Of a stretch of DNA of 64,000 nt, positions 49,983 through 63,220 are shown piece after piece (within the stretch, counting starts at the first letter, position 1; each line of letters begins with the position of its first letter). Where the stretch lies: positions 9,424,001-9,488,000 of the forward strand of contig NC_091977.1 in NCBI RefSeq assembly GCF_044704955.1. The letters are read 5' to 3'. The notes beneath the pieces were generated by a model, which was given only the letters and a program-made list of their open reading frames with translations, ran no database searches and was not told where the DNA came from. A program made the position numbers and the translations under genes. Origin of the DNA: Pristiophorus japonicus. Its lineage: Eukaryota.

Positions 49983-50448
49983 TAAGAACATAACAAATAG
50001 GAGCAGGAGTGGGGCATACAGCTCCTCGAGCCTGCTCCACCATTTAGTACAATCATGGCTGATCCTATCGTGAACTCAGGTCCACTTCCCCGCCCGCTCC
50101 CCATAACCCCTTATCAGTTAAGAAACTGTCTATCTCGGTCTTAAATTTATTCTATGTCCCAGCTTCCACAGCTCTCTGAGACAGCAAATTCCACAGATTT
50201 CCAACCCTCTGAAGGAAGAAATTCCTCCTCATCTCAGTTTTAAATGGGCGGCCCCTTATTCTAAGATTATACCTCCTAGTTCCAGTCTCCCCTATCAGTG
50301 GAAACATCCTCTCTGAATCCACCTTGTCAAGCCCCCTCATAATCTTATACGTATCCTTTCGTAAATATGGAAACCAAAACTGCATGCAGTATTCCAGGTG
50401 TGGCATCACCAATACTCTATGTAACTGTAGCAAGACTTCCCTGCTTTG
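49983..50448 (-). mobile_element. CR1 3' fragment with internal deletion
   Basis: ORF 50152-50523 HLEYCMQFW..TYKIMRGLDK. Confidence 0.82.
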
Positions 50449-50649
50449 TATCGTCAGCAAACTTGGCTGAACAAAAGAGATTTCATAAGAACATGTGATT
50501 TCACCACACGCATTACACAGCAACGGGTTTGCAACAGGAAACCTATGCTGGAATATCCTAGGAAATGAGGGAAAGGCTTCCTTTCAGCATTCCAAGAAGC
50601 TACTACAAATGTTGAGCTTTTTCCACCAAGAGTCTTTTACGTAGGTTCA

Positions 50650-52072
50650 AACAAGAACTTTTATTTATAGAAGCATCTTTAACGTAGTAAAAAGTCCTAA
50701 GGCGCTTCACAGCAGTGTTACAAGACAAAACAGATAAATTTGACACAAGAAGAAATTATGGCAGATGACCAAAAGTTGGTCAAAGAGGTAGGTTTTAAGG
50801 AGTTCTTAAAGGAGGAGAGAGAGAGCGAAAGAGGTAGAGAGGCGGAGAGGTTTAGGGAGGAAGTTCCAGAGCTCAGGGCCCATGCAGCTGAAGGCACGGC
50901 CACCGATGATTGAGCAGTTATAATCAGGGATGCTCAAAAGGAAAGAATTTGAGGAGCGCAGGCACCTCGTGGAGTTGTGAGGTTGAAAGAGATTACAGAG
51001 ATAGGGAGGGGTGAGGCCACGAAGGGAGTTGTAAACAAGGATGAGAATTTTGAAATCGAGGCGTTGCAAGCCAATGTAGGTCATCGAGCACAGGAGTGAT
51101 GGGTGATCGGGACTTGATATGAGTTAGGACATGGGTCAGTGAGCACAAGGGTGATGGGTGATCGGGACTTGGTGCAAGTTAGGACACGGGCTGCTGAGTT
51201 TTGGATGACAAGTTTACGCGGGGTAGAATGTGGGAGGCCGGCCAGGAGTGCATTGGAGTAGTCAAATCCAGAGGTAATAAAGGCATGGGTGAGGATTTCA
51301 GCAGCAGATGAGCTGAGGCAGAGGCGGGCAATGTTACAGAGGTGGAAAAAGGAGGTTTTAGTTATGCCTCGGATATGTGCTGGAAGCTCATTTCAGGGTC
51401 AGATATGACTTCTAGGTTGCGAACAGTCTGGTTGAGCCTTGGATAGATGCTAGGGAGAGGGATGGAGTCAGTGGCTAGGGAATGCAGTTTGTGGCTGGGA
51501 CCAAAGACAATGGCTTCGGTCTTCCCAATATTTAATTGGAGAACATTTCTGCTCATCCAGTACTGGATGTTGGACAAGTAGTCTGACAATTTAGTGACCA
51601 TAGAGGAGTCAAGAGAGGTAGAGCTGGGCGTCATCAACATGTGGAAATTGACTCGTTGTTTTCGGATGATATCGCCAAGGGGCAGAACATAGATGAGAAA
51701 TAGGAGGGGGCCAAGGATAGATCCTTGGAGGACACCAGAGGTAGCAATGCGGGAGTGGGAAGAGAAGCCATTGCAGGAGATTTTCTGGCTACGATTAGAT
51801 AGATAAGAATAGAACCTGGCGAGTGCAGTCCCATCCAGCTGGACAATGGTGGAGAGGTGTTGGAGGAGGATGGAGTGGTCAACCATGTCAAAGGCTGCAG
51901 ACCGGTCCAGGAGGACAAAAAGGGATAGTTTAACCTTGTCATAGTCACAAAGGATGTCTTTGATGAGAGCCGTTTTAGTACTGTGGCAGAGGCAGAAACC
52001 AGATTGAAGGGATTCAAACATGGCGTTCCGCTAAAGATGGGCATGGATTTGGGAGGCGACATGTTCAAGGAC
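50650..52072 (-). mobile_element. L2 LINE (RT to 3' end)
   Basis: ORF 51362-52021 FESLQSGF..HSTKTAL..LLDRSAAFDMVDH..GVLQGSILGPLLF; ORF 50806-51084. Confidence 0.88.
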
Positions 52073-52668
52073 AAATAGAACTGCTCAACAGTTTATACTT
52101 GCATCTCTATACGTCCCTCCTCAATCTGCCCTCACCCACTTCCACAAGCATTTTAAACCATGGGAGCAGATCAACCACGATGGACGTCAATGATGTGTAG
52201 ATAAAAGGGTAAATTTACCAATCCTGCGCTCATCGTGCAGTCTCGCTCCAAGGAACGTGGGTCAGATGTTGAGTTACAGAAGCACCAATTCTCACCCACA
52301 GGGAGCGTGGAATCAGTGAATTTATCCTAAATTAACTGCCGATCAAAGTTTGTAAAGTCTTGTCACAAAGCAAAAAAAAAATTTTCTTGCAACAAAAGTT
52401 GGCCAGTGTCCAAACACTGCTACAGTAGCACTGGCACCATTGTACATTAAAGTCCCGAATTTAATTGTTTTTGCTGCAGCCTTGCCCATCAGTAGAAATT
52501 ATTTTTGCTTACACCACAAACACAAATGCAAGCAAGCAGCTACTGCGGCCTACACCACTGCCATTATAGCCATCTTGATCTGTGCTTTCTGAGCATATGG
52601 TTTCAGCAGTGACTGTAAAAACTTACTTGAGAATAGCGACAGTGAAGAGCGAACCTCAGAATTCAGTA

Positions 52669-53009
52669 CAGATTGAAACAAACTTATCCAGAACTCCCTT
52701 ATCCAGAACCACCCCTCGTCCAGAACCATTCCCGGCCACCGGTAGGCGCATGTGCAGAACTCCGATATGAACAAATTGAAGTTCTTCCTCGCTGCCGACT
52801 CCCACAATCGCTGGCCTGACCCCGCGATCAACCACCTCATTCCCCAATGATCTCTCTGCTGCACTCTCAGCCCCAAGCCAGCCAGCCCCGATATCCCCTT
52901 GCTCAGTACCTGTACCATCCAATTTAACGTGACCACACCTTGTCCAGAAAAATCCCTTCTCCAGAACAGGCCAGGTCCCGAGGGTTCCGGATAAGGGAGG
53001 TTCATCCTG
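52669..53009. mobile_element. Tigger/pogo-like MITE
   Basis: TA|CAGATTGAAACAAACTTATCCAGAAC .. GTTCCGGATAAGGGAGGTTCATCCTG|TA (imperfect TIRs). Confidence 0.65.
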
Positions 53010-53024
53010 TAGCTCGAGCGGGTG

Positions 53025-53440
53025 GTGCACCATCCAGGATAAAGCAGTCGACTTGATTGGCACCCTATCCATCACCAGTACCCCATGGCTGCAGTGTGTA
53101 CCATCGACAAGATGCACTGCAGCAACTTGCCACGGCTTCTTCGACTGCACCTCCCAAATCTGCAACCTCGGCCACCTAGAATGTATCAGGTGCATGAGAA
53201 CACCTCCAAATTCCCCTCAAAGTTGCACACTATCCCAACTTGGAAATATATCACCGTTCCTTCATAGTCGCTGGGTCAAAATCCTGGAACACCCTCCCCA
53301 ACACCCTCTGGGAATACCTTCACCTCAAGGACTGCAATCGTTCAAGAAGGCGGCTCACCACATCTTCTCAAGAGCAATTAGGGGTGGGCAAAACTGCTGG
53401 CCTTGCCAGCGACGCCCACATCCCAGGAACAATTAAAAAA
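53025..53440 (+). mobile_element. LINE 3' part (CR1/L2 group)
   Basis: VCTIDKMHCSNLPRLLRLHLPN and SFIVAGSKSWNTLPN; same family as 58125-58430. Confidence 0.78.
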
Positions 53441-53756
53441 AGATCAGCCCCTGATGGCGAAATGGTTAGGAGTAATCTGGAGTTGAAGAAAAGGCTTAAT
53501 GGGCGTGATAACATAAAGCTGGAAATGGTCAATGGAAGGAAAAAATATTTGGGATACGGTATATGAGTAATTTGGGACATGACATATGGTATATGTAGCA
53601 TGCTTGGAAGGAATAGGTGGCTTTGGACTTATGGTTCCCAAAGTTTCCACTACTGGTTGTATCCTCGCCTCAAAATCTGGGGCAGGTCTACAGTCATCTT
53701 GGATAACCCTTGCCACTGGACCAAGACCTAGCCTTTGTCAAGCCTGTGTGGTGGCT

Positions 53757-54171
53757 GGTCCGGGACTCTCTGGTCCGGAAACATTCGTGGTTTGGCATTA
53801 GTTTGCGGAACTGCCGCTGTGCATGGGTGGCATCCCGGTTTCCCATGTCTCTGCAAAGTTTTTTACGTCTGGCCGGCAGTCCTGGCTCTCAGTGTTCTGT
53901 GCTATTTAGCTCTAATATACCCTTTCAAAGAGACCAGCAAGCAGTGGAAGTGTTGGTAGTGCTGCGAAGCGTAAACATGTGTTGTTATCAATACAGCAAG
54001 TGGTTCAAGAAGTTAGCCCAGGTGAGCGGTGAGCAGTGAGCAGTACTGGTAAAGCCTCGGCTATGTAGGGTATATCGGTGCAGTCATATACTGACCTCCT
54101 GTGGTTCGGAAAATTCTCTGGTTCGGCACCAGTCAGATATCGAGTGTGTCAGACCAGAGAGGTCCAACCTG
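53757..54171. mobile_element. Truncated Tigger-like MITE (right TIR only)
   Basis: Right end '..accagagaggtccaacctg|ta'; left end has 'ctctctggtccgg' but no terminal CAG. Confidence 0.45.
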
Positions 54172-54671
54172 TATTTAAAATGGTACATAGTGAGGATACT
54201 GGATGCCACATTGAGCTAGGAAGCTTTCTCTACTTCAGAGACCGGTGTTTCAATATAGCCCATACAGATGGGATTCAATCTCTCTCTTCTGAAGTGTCTG
54301 AAGCCAACACTGGTCATTATTAAACACTTAGTTATCAAGGGTGATTCGTGCGGGCATGAAAGATTCACTCTGGTGCCATAGAAAGTACACTTATGCAAAT
54401 ATGGTTAAGGCATGTTGTTTGGACAGTGCAAATTGTAGCTAACTTAGCAAACAGACACGACACTTCAGAGATGTAAAAGTGCATGATAAGCACGAACAGA
54501 AGAGGAGTTGAGGATGTGATTGAAAGTGTTGTCAAAGAAGTAGGTTATGAGGAGGCTGTTAAAGAGGAATGGGGCAGTATGGATGAGGGTTTATGGAGAA
54601 AGAAAGTACCAGGATATAGGGTGAAGGCAGCTCACGGTCTACCATTAAGGGAGGAGCAGAGGGAGAGAGGA

Positions 54672-56477
54672 ATAAGAACATAAGAAATAGAAGCCGGAGT
54701 AGACCATAGGGCCCCTCGAGCCTGCTCTGCCATTCAATAAGATCATAGCTGATCTGATCATGGACTCAGCTCCACTTCCCTGCCCGCTCCCCATAACCCT
54801 TTATTCCCTTATCGCTCAAAAATCTTTTTATCTCCACCTTAAATATATTCAATGACTCAGCCTCCACAGCTCTCGGGGGCAGAGAATTCCATAGATTTAC
54901 AACCCTCTGAGAGAAGAAATTCCTCCTCATCTCAGTTTTAAATTGGTGGTCTCCTTATTCTGAGACTATACCCTCGAGTTTTAGTTTCCATTATGACTGG
55001 AAATATCCTCTCTGCATCCACCTTGTCGAGCCCCCGCATTATCTTGCATGTTTCTAAAAGATCATCTCTCATTCTTCTGAACTCCAATGTGTATAGGCCC
55101 AACCTCTTCAACCTATCTTCAGAAGTCAACCCCCTCATCTCCGGAATCAACCTAGTGAACCTTCTCTGAACAGCCTCCAATGCAAGTATATCCTTCCTTA
55201 ATACTGAGACCAAAATTGTACACAGTACCTTGTGGTGTGGCCTCACCAATACCCTGTACAGTTGTAGCAGGACTTCTCTACTTTTATACTCCACCCCCCT
55301 TGCATTAAAGGCCAATATTAAATTTGCCTTCCTGATTACCTGCTGTACCTGCATACTCACTTTTTGTGTTTCATGCACAAGGATCCCCAGGTCCCTCTGT
55401 ACTGCAGCACTTTGCAATTTTTCTCCATTTAAATGATAATTTGCTTTTCTATTTTTTCTGCCATTATACACCATCTGCCATTTTTTTTGCCCATTCACTT
55501 AGCCTGTCTATATCCCTTTGCAGATTTTGTGTTTCCTCCACACAATTTGCTTTCCCACCCAACTTTGTATTATCAGCAAACTTGGCTACGTTACACTCGG
55601 TCCCTTCATCCAAGTCATTAATATAGATTGTAAATAGTGGAGGACCCAGCACTGATCCCTGCGGCACCCCACTAGTCACTGTTTGCCAACTGGAAAATTA
55701 CCCATTTATCCCGACTCTCTGTTTTCTGTTAGCTAGCTAATCCTCTATCCATGCTAATATATTACCCCCAACCCCGTGAGCTTTTATTTTGTGCAGCAAC
55801 CTCTTGTGGTACCTTACTGAATGCCTTCTGGAAATCCAAATACACCACATCTACTGGTTCCCCCTTATCCACCCTGCTCATTACATCCTCAAAGAACTCC
55901 AGCAAATTTCCCTTTCATAAAACCATACTGACTCTGCTTGATTGAATTATGCTTTTCCAAATGTCCCGCTACTGCTTCCTTAATAATGGACTTATTTTCC
56001 CAACGACAGATGTTAGGCTAACTGGTCTATAGTTTCCTGCTTTTTGTCTGCCTCCTTTTTTAAGTAGGGGCATTCATTTGCAGTTTTCCAATCCACTGGG
56101 ACCGCCCCAGAATCCAGGGAATTTTGGTAGATTATAACCAATGCATCCACTATCTCTGCAACCACTTATTTTAAGACCCGAGGATGTAAGCCATCAGGGT
56201 CCAGGGGACTTGTCCGCCTTTAGTCCCATTATTTTACCAAGTACTACTTCATTAGTGATAGTATTAAGTTCCTCCCTCCCTATTGCCCCTTGATTATCCA
56301 CTATTGGGATGTTTTTAGTGTCTTCTACTGTGAAGACCGATACAAAATATTTGTTCAACATCACTGCCATTTTCCTGTTCTCCATTATTGATTCCCCAGT
56401 CTCATCCTCTAGGGGACCAATATTTACTTTAGCCACACTTTTCCTTTTTATGTACCTGTAGAAATTCTTACTATCTG
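54672..56477 (-). mobile_element. 5'-truncated CR1 LINE
   Basis: ORFs 56194-56436, 55464-55679 and 54938-55498; tail 'aagaacataagaaata'. Confidence 0.9.
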
Positions 56478-58124
56478 AGGTAATGGAAAACTGAGAAAGC
56501 TTGATTTTGACACTGGATTAGAATAAAGGCCCATTCGCCACCACAGGTACACATCCCTCACTCTAATGAGCATAATTATTAAATCTTTTTAAAAGTCATA
56601 TTTAGATAAAATCAATTTCCCAGCATAGGCAAATGGACTGAATGGCTTCCTTCTGTGCTGTATGATTCTATATATCTGTCAATTCTGCTTTCTTCCAACA
56701 GGAATGTCTCATCCTGGGGAGTATCTCAAATTTGCAAATGTTATGACCACCAATTAATGGAAATTTAATTAAAATCTTATGTAAACATTTTCCAGCACAA
56801 TTTCAGCCCAGCCAGCAGCGAGGGTGACAAAAATGAAAGGGGTCATAAATTCCAATTGATTTCAAGAAATTAACAATTGCTTACAGCTATATTCATGAAT
56901 GATACAAATAGAGAACATAGGCCAAACACCCACACACAAACAAATCAGATTATGACTATCAGAGTACTCTGCTATCTAAACCACAAACCGCATGTGTGTA
57001 GCCACTTCCCCAACTTGTTTCTCAGCACAGCATTTATATATTCGGCAAGGCTTTCACAAATTCTCTGGCCCGAATACATACATCCAAGTCCATTCAGTTT
57101 AATGCTAACTGACCTGCTTTCAAACTCCAAATCATTATTGACTTTTTTCCGAAAATGTTTTAATATTCTTTCCCTTTCTCATATGCACCATAATCGCAGT
57201 AAACAAGGCAAACAGGCCAGCTCCAGAGCCTTTATCAGTACTGCTCTGAAACTGGGCACTATGGGCCTCATTATGCGATCCTGGGAGTGTACCACAGTGC
57301 AAGATATACTGGGGCGTGGGCCAGAATTTGAGGTTCCAGCAGCTAGTCAAAAGTAGTATCAAAAGTAGTATTTTACAGGTGGAGGCTATGCAGAAGAGAA
57401 ATTCATTTATTTATTAGAACCCCCACCCTTCAGCATCCAATCGAAGTTGGCGGGTCCAGCTAAAACATTATTGGGGGGGGGGCGCGCGAGTGTGGCTGTT
57501 TTAAAACACCACTGAGCCACTCTCGTAAGCTAGAAATAAAGAGGGGAGGCCCCTAACATTTGATTTTTGAATATACAAAAAGAAAATTACACTTGAAACA
57601 CAGCTGGGTTTGTGCCCAAGATCTATATACAGCAGGATCAAATAGACAGCAGATGTTGAACAAAAAACCAATCAGAATGAGGAAAATACTGACATAGTAC
57701 TGAGTCACTTTCTGCAACAAAGATCATTTGTCATGTCAATGAGTCAACTCTGATGCATGCGGAGGCAAAACATTCCACTACAGTTCACATATGCTTTCAC
57801 TAGAATCTCTGACAGTTTATGAACCAGGGTGTGATCAGAATTGTGTCAGAAAATGCGAAAAACCTCAAGGTTTTAGTGTAATCTGTAAATCAGAATAAAA
57901 TATTAACAGTTTCCTGTTAATTCGTGGGATGTGCAGATTTTGCTGATCGCAGTCAGTCTAGCGATAGGGATACTGCAACTGGCTTCAGCGCTCCTCAATC
58001 TAGAGAGAGGAAGTATCAGTCAGCTTTCATACTGCTGATCATTATCCACTGGTCTCTGCTGGACTTTGAATGAGGACAGCATGGGGTTCAGCTGAGATGC
58101 CCTGCCACGTTTGAACAGCTTGCT

Positions 58125-58430
58125 CTTTTTTTATTTATTCCTGGGATGTTGGCGTTGTTGGCAAGGCCGGCATTTATTGCCCATCCCTAATTGCCCTTGA
58201 GAAGGTGGTGGTGAGCCGCCTTCTTGAACCACTGCAGTCCGTGTGGTGAAGGTGCTCCCACAGTGCTGTTAGGGAGGGAGTTCCAGGATTTTGACCCAGC
58301 GACAATGAAGGAACGACAATATATTTCCAAGTCAGGATGGTGTGTGACTTGGAGGGGAACATGGAGGCGGTGGTGTTCCCATGCACCTGCTGCCTTTGTC
58401 CTTCTAGGTGGTAGAGGTCGTGGGTTTGGG
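58125..58430 (-). mobile_element. LINE 3' part (CR1/L2 group)
   Basis: SFIVAGSKSWNSLPNSTVG..FKKAAHHHLLKGN in ORF 58187-58567. Confidence 0.8.
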
Positions 58431-59099
58431 ACACACAAAGGACAGCTGGACACCCTTGAGTAATGTCCCAGAGTGTGGGTGGGTGGGGTGAGGGGGTTGG
58501 GAGAGGGGAAGGGAAAGAAAAACACAAATAGGCAAAGAAAAAAAGTTAAGATGCGAGGTGGTTTCACATTGACAGAAGATGAGGCATTGCAGGAGAACTC
58601 CCCTTGTTGTTTCAGGCTACACTGTCAATTAATTACATATTGATCATGTTATGGCAAGCAACATTATTCAAAGGATGCACAGTGACAGACAAAAGCAGTT
58701 CACCCAGCACATGAAATCCTCACCCGTGCAATCAATTACATGTTTAACTATCACCATGTATTCAAACCAATTTACCGTTTGATTGTTTTAAATTGACAAC
58801 TTGAACGTTTCACCAACAACACGCTTTTATATAGCGTCTGTAATGTAGAAGAAAAGTCCCAAGGCGCTACACAGAGGCGCAAATAAAAAATGTATGCCGA
58901 ACCACAGAATGTTGCTGAGCACCTCAAGGTGATGATCTTACATTCTTCGCTTTATATAAATAGAAAAATAATAATACGATGCACTGGAAAGCCTCAGGAT
59001 AGAGAAGAATGCACAACAAAGGGATTACTGAAAAGTGATGTGCTAGTACTGAAGCTTAATAAAAGCAGGTTTTCCTGTGCATCACGTTATTATCCTTCT

Positions 59100-59535
59100 G
59101 AGAACATACGAAAAATGATGGCTAGATAAAGACCATCTAGTCCATCGAGCCTGTCCCACACAACTGCGATACCTTGTGTATCACAACACAACACTCCACC
59201 CCACCCGAAACCATGTGATCTCCTGGGAGGGGCAAAATAACAGAAACAACCCAGGCCAATTTGGGGGAAAAAATATGGGAAATTCCTCTTCGACACATCT
59301 AAGTGATCGAAACTAGTCCAGGAGATCACTCTGGCCATTAAATTCCCTGCCGTACCTAACTTCCGTAAGAGGTGATCTCCGCCGCAGACAGAAACAAATC
59401 CAGCTTTTGCTTGAAGGAATTCAGTGAGTCTTCATCCACCACATGAAAAGGCAGCTTGTTCCAGAGGTCTACTATTTTCTGGGGAAAGAACCACCTCCTG
59501 ACATTTAACTTAGATCTAGCCTTATACAACTTAAG
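59100..59535 (-). mobile_element. 3' end of a distinct CR1-like LINE
   Basis: 'agaccatctagtccatcgagcctg' terminal hairpin-type motif and 'ggcagcttgttccagaggtctactattttctggggaaagaac' (antisense FFPQ..LWNKLP). Confidence 0.6.
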
Positions 59536-59697
59536 GCCCTGGAGAGCTCGTGCAGTGCTCAGTTACATTCTTTTATATGAGGTGCGCTATGTGAATGCAA
59601 AGTATTGCTGCTCTTAATCCTGGACACCTGACAATGCTGCTTGGTAGCCAACAACACATTTATATTCATGCAGTGCCTTTGATGTCATCAATGACCT

Positions 59698-60656
59698 TTG
59701 ACATCAATGATCTCGACTCGAATATAGGGGGTATAATTAAGAAGTTTGCAGATGATACGAAAATCAGTTGTGTGGTTGATAATGAAGAAGAAAGCTGCGG
59801 ACTGCAGGAAGATATCAATCAACTGGTCAGGTGGGCAGAACAGTGGCAAATGGAATTTAATCCTGAGAAGTGTGAGGTAATGCATTTTGGGAGGGCTAAC
59901 AAGGAAAGGGAATACACATTAAATGGTAGGATACTGAGAAGTGTAGAGGAACAAAGGGACCTTGGAGTGCATGTCCACAGATCCCTGAAAGTAGCAGGCC
60001 AGGTAGATAAGGTGGTTAAGAAGGCATACAGAATGCTTACCTTTATTAGCCAAGGCATAGACTACAAGAACAGGGAGGTTATGCTTGAACTGTATAAAAA
60101 AAACTAGGTAGGCCACAGCTGGAGTACTGTGTGCAGTTCTGGTCAATGCTTTACAGGAAAGACGTGAGTGCACTGGAGAGGGTAGAGGAGATTTACAAGG
60201 ATGTTGCCAGGAATGGAGAATCTAAGCTATGAGGAGAGATTAGTAGATAGGCTGGATTTGTTTTCATTGGAACAGACGAGGCTGAGGGGAGACCTCATTG
60301 AGGTGTATAAAATTATGAGGGGCCTAGATATAGTGGATAGAAAGGGCCTATTTCCCTTAGCAGAGGGGTCAACCACCAGGGGGCATAAATTTAAAGTAAT
60401 TCGTAGAAGGTTTAGAGAGGATTGGAGGGGAAATTTCTTCATATATGGGGTTGCGAGGGTCTGGAACTCACTGCCTGAAAGGGTGGTAGAGGCATATTTA
60501 GAAAGTACTTGGATGTGCACCTGAAGTGCCGTAACCTGCAGGGCTACGGACCTAGAGCTGGAAAGTGGGATTAGGCTAGACAGCCTCTTGTTGGCCGGCA
60601 TGGACACGATGGGCCGAAATGGCTTTCTCCGTGCTTTAAATTTCTATGATTCTATG
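59698..60656 (+). mobile_element. 5'-truncated CR1 LINE
   Basis: ORF 59595-60107 INDLD..KKFADDTK; ORF 60201-60524; tail 'ttctatgattctatga'. Confidence 0.9.
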
Positions 60657-61167
60657 ATGTCATGAAATGTGCCCAGGTGCAGAGGCAGCAAGGCGGAAGG
60701 TTTAGGGGAGAGTTGGAGTGTGGGGCCAAGACAGCTCTAGGCTCCGCTACTGGCGTTGGAGCAGGGCGAGGGAGGGATGCAAAAGTGACCAAAATTTGAA
60801 GAATGGAGGATGTGCACAGCTTTGAAAATCTGGAGGAGACTGTAAATGTCAAAAAGGTAAGGCCCTGCAGAGATTTGTAAACAAGGATGAGAATTTTAAT
60901 TGTGATTTGGAGAATTGCAAACTAATGGAGGTTGGCAAGGACAGGAGTGCTGGGGAAACAGGATTTAATGTAAATAGGCCAGAGCAGCTGAGGTGTAAGA
61001 TAGCAGCCCAACTCCGCCTCTTTCTTAGTAAAAGGGAATGAAACCAGTATCAGTAGGGGCTGTTGACTAATTCACAATGATTCAATTAAGTTTTTTTTAA
61101 TTAACTGCCTAGAGATTTTATAAATAGCTAATTTGCACCTCTGTGTCATTCTTCATTAGTAAAACGG

Positions 61168-61478
61168 ACCAACAACTTGTATTTATATAGTGCCTTTAAC
61201 ACTGTAAAATGTCCCAGGGCGCTTCAAAGAAGTGTTATCAAACAAAATTGGACACCGAACCACATACGGCGATATTAGGACAGATGACCAAAAGCTTGGT
61301 TAAAGAGGTAGGTTTTAAGTAGGGTCTGAAAGGAGGCGAGAGTAGTAGAGAGGTTTATGGAAGCATTTCCAGAGTTTGAGGCCCAAGCAGCTGAAGGCAT
61401 AGCCACCAATGGTGGAGTGATTAAATACAGGGATGCACAAGAGGCCAGAATTGGAGGAGCACAGAGAGCTCGAAGACA
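61168..61478 (-). mobile_element. L2 3' end
   Basis: 'caacaacttgtatttatatagtgcctttaac..cagatgaccaaaagcttggttaaagaggtagg', as at 50650-50960. Confidence 0.8.
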
Positions 61479-61919
61479 ATGTTTCCTCTAATTTTATTTT
61501 TGAATTCTATTTATGGTCGGGCATTCTATGTCCTAACAAGTCTGTGCATTACAAGTTCTAACCTCGATCTTAAATTTCACCTTTCAGTTACCAACTTCAC
61601 CGACCAGAAATTTTACATGTGTTGTTCAAACCTTTCCTTAGACATGCCTCACCTTCCTTCCTCCAAACCCGTTTTGCATTTGATTCCTCCCTGTTCTAAT
61701 TTTGATACCCCCCCCTTCATGAGTAGCTATTTCAGTAATTGGCAGAACTATGGATTTCCAGAATCAGTACTGGAGGAAATTGTGACTTAAAACTCCTGGA
61801 AAAGAAGCAAAATTCCAACTACCGAAGCCTCTACCCAAAAGTTATTTTTACCTGATACACCTGCAATTCAAATACTAAGAGGAGGGATATGGCACACCAG
61901 AATTCATTCACTTTCAGGC

Positions 61920-62153
61920 TGTTGTGTCCTTAGATGCTCTTGTAATGACTCCATGAGGCAATGTGTTGTACTTGAACTGTAGTGACCTTAGTCCTTTATT
62001 TGTTAACTCCAGAGTGAGGATCACACCTGGTGGCCTGCCTTTTATACTAGGCCAGGCACACCTGTACAGGTAACCTATAAGTCTCCCACTGCTGTGCCCT
62101 CTGGTGGCACACCTTGTGATGATACCAACAGTAGTCATGTAGGATACATGACA
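61920..62153 (-). mobile_element. Solo LTR (234 bp)
   Basis: TGTTGTGTCC..GGATACATGACA; 5-bp flanks CAGGC/CAGAC; minus-strand TATAAAA (about 62043) upstream of AATAAA (about 61997). Confidence 0.78.
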
Positions 62154-62184
62154 CAGACTACGGTACTTTAGTGGATTTAAAAAA

Positions 62185-62580
62185 ATTAATTGACACGATG
62201 AGGGCATCGCTGGCAAGGCCAGCATTTATTGCCCACCCCTAATTGTCCTAAAAGAAGGTGGTGGTGAGCTGCTTTCTTGAATATAACTGAGTGGCTTCCT
62301 AGGCCATTTCAGAGGGCAGTTAAGAGTCAACCACATTCCTGTGGATCTGGAGTCACAGAGGCCAGACCAGATAAGGACGGCAGATTTCCTTCCCTAAAGG
62401 ACATCAGTGAACCAGTTGTTTTTTTACGACAATCCAATAGTTTCATGATCACCATTGCTGACACGAGCTTTTTATTCCAGATTTATGATAATTGAATTTA
62501 AATTCCCCAGCTCCCATGGTGGGATTTGAACTCATGTCGCCGGATCATTAGTCCAGCCCTCTGGATTACTCGGCCAGTAA
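62185..62580 (-). mobile_element. tRNA-like SINE with LINE-derived tail (family of 38195-38582)
   Basis: 'gggatttgaact' B-box complement; 'cattagtccagccctctggattact'. Confidence 0.6.
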
Positions 62581-63220
62581 CATAGAAACATAGAAAATAG
62601 GTGCAGGAGTAGGCCATTCGGCACTTCGAGCCGGCATCGCCATTCAATAAGATCATGGCTGATCATTCCTTCAGTACCCCTTTCCTGCTTTCTCTCCATA
62701 CCCCTTCATCCCCTTAACCGGAAGGGCCATATCTAACTCCCTCTTGAATATATCCAATGAACTGGCATCAACAACTCTCTGCGGCAGGGAATTCCACAGG
62801 TCAACAACTCTCTGAGTGAAGAAGTTTCTCCTCATCTCAGTCCTAAATGGCCTACTCCTTATCCTAAGACTGTGTCCCCTGTTCTGGACTTTCCCAACAT
62901 CGGGAACATTCTTCCCGTATCTAACCTGTCCAGTCCCGTCAGAGTCTTATATGTTTCTATGAGATCCCCTCTCATCCTTCTAAACGCCAGTGAATAACGG
63001 CTCAGTTGATCCAGTCTCTCCTCATATGACAGCCCAGCCATCCCTGCAATCAGTCTGGTAAACCTTCGCTGCACTCCCTCAATAGCAAGAACATCCTTCC
63101 TCAGACTAGGAGACCAAAACTGAACACAATATTCCAGGTGAGGCCTCACCAAGGCCCTGTACAACTGCAGTAATACCTCCCTGCTCCTATACTCAAATCC
63201 CCAAGCTATGAAGGCCAACA
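62580..63220 (-). mobile_element. CR1 3' fragment
   Basis: Tail 'catagaaacatagaaa'; LAFIAWGFEYRSRE..RMRGDLIETYK. Confidence 0.9.

Noticed and set aside
56685-56745. Plus-strand acceptor (ttcttccaacag) as exon 2 of the candidate gene
   Set aside because: The in-phase frame stops after 14 codons and no donor is evident
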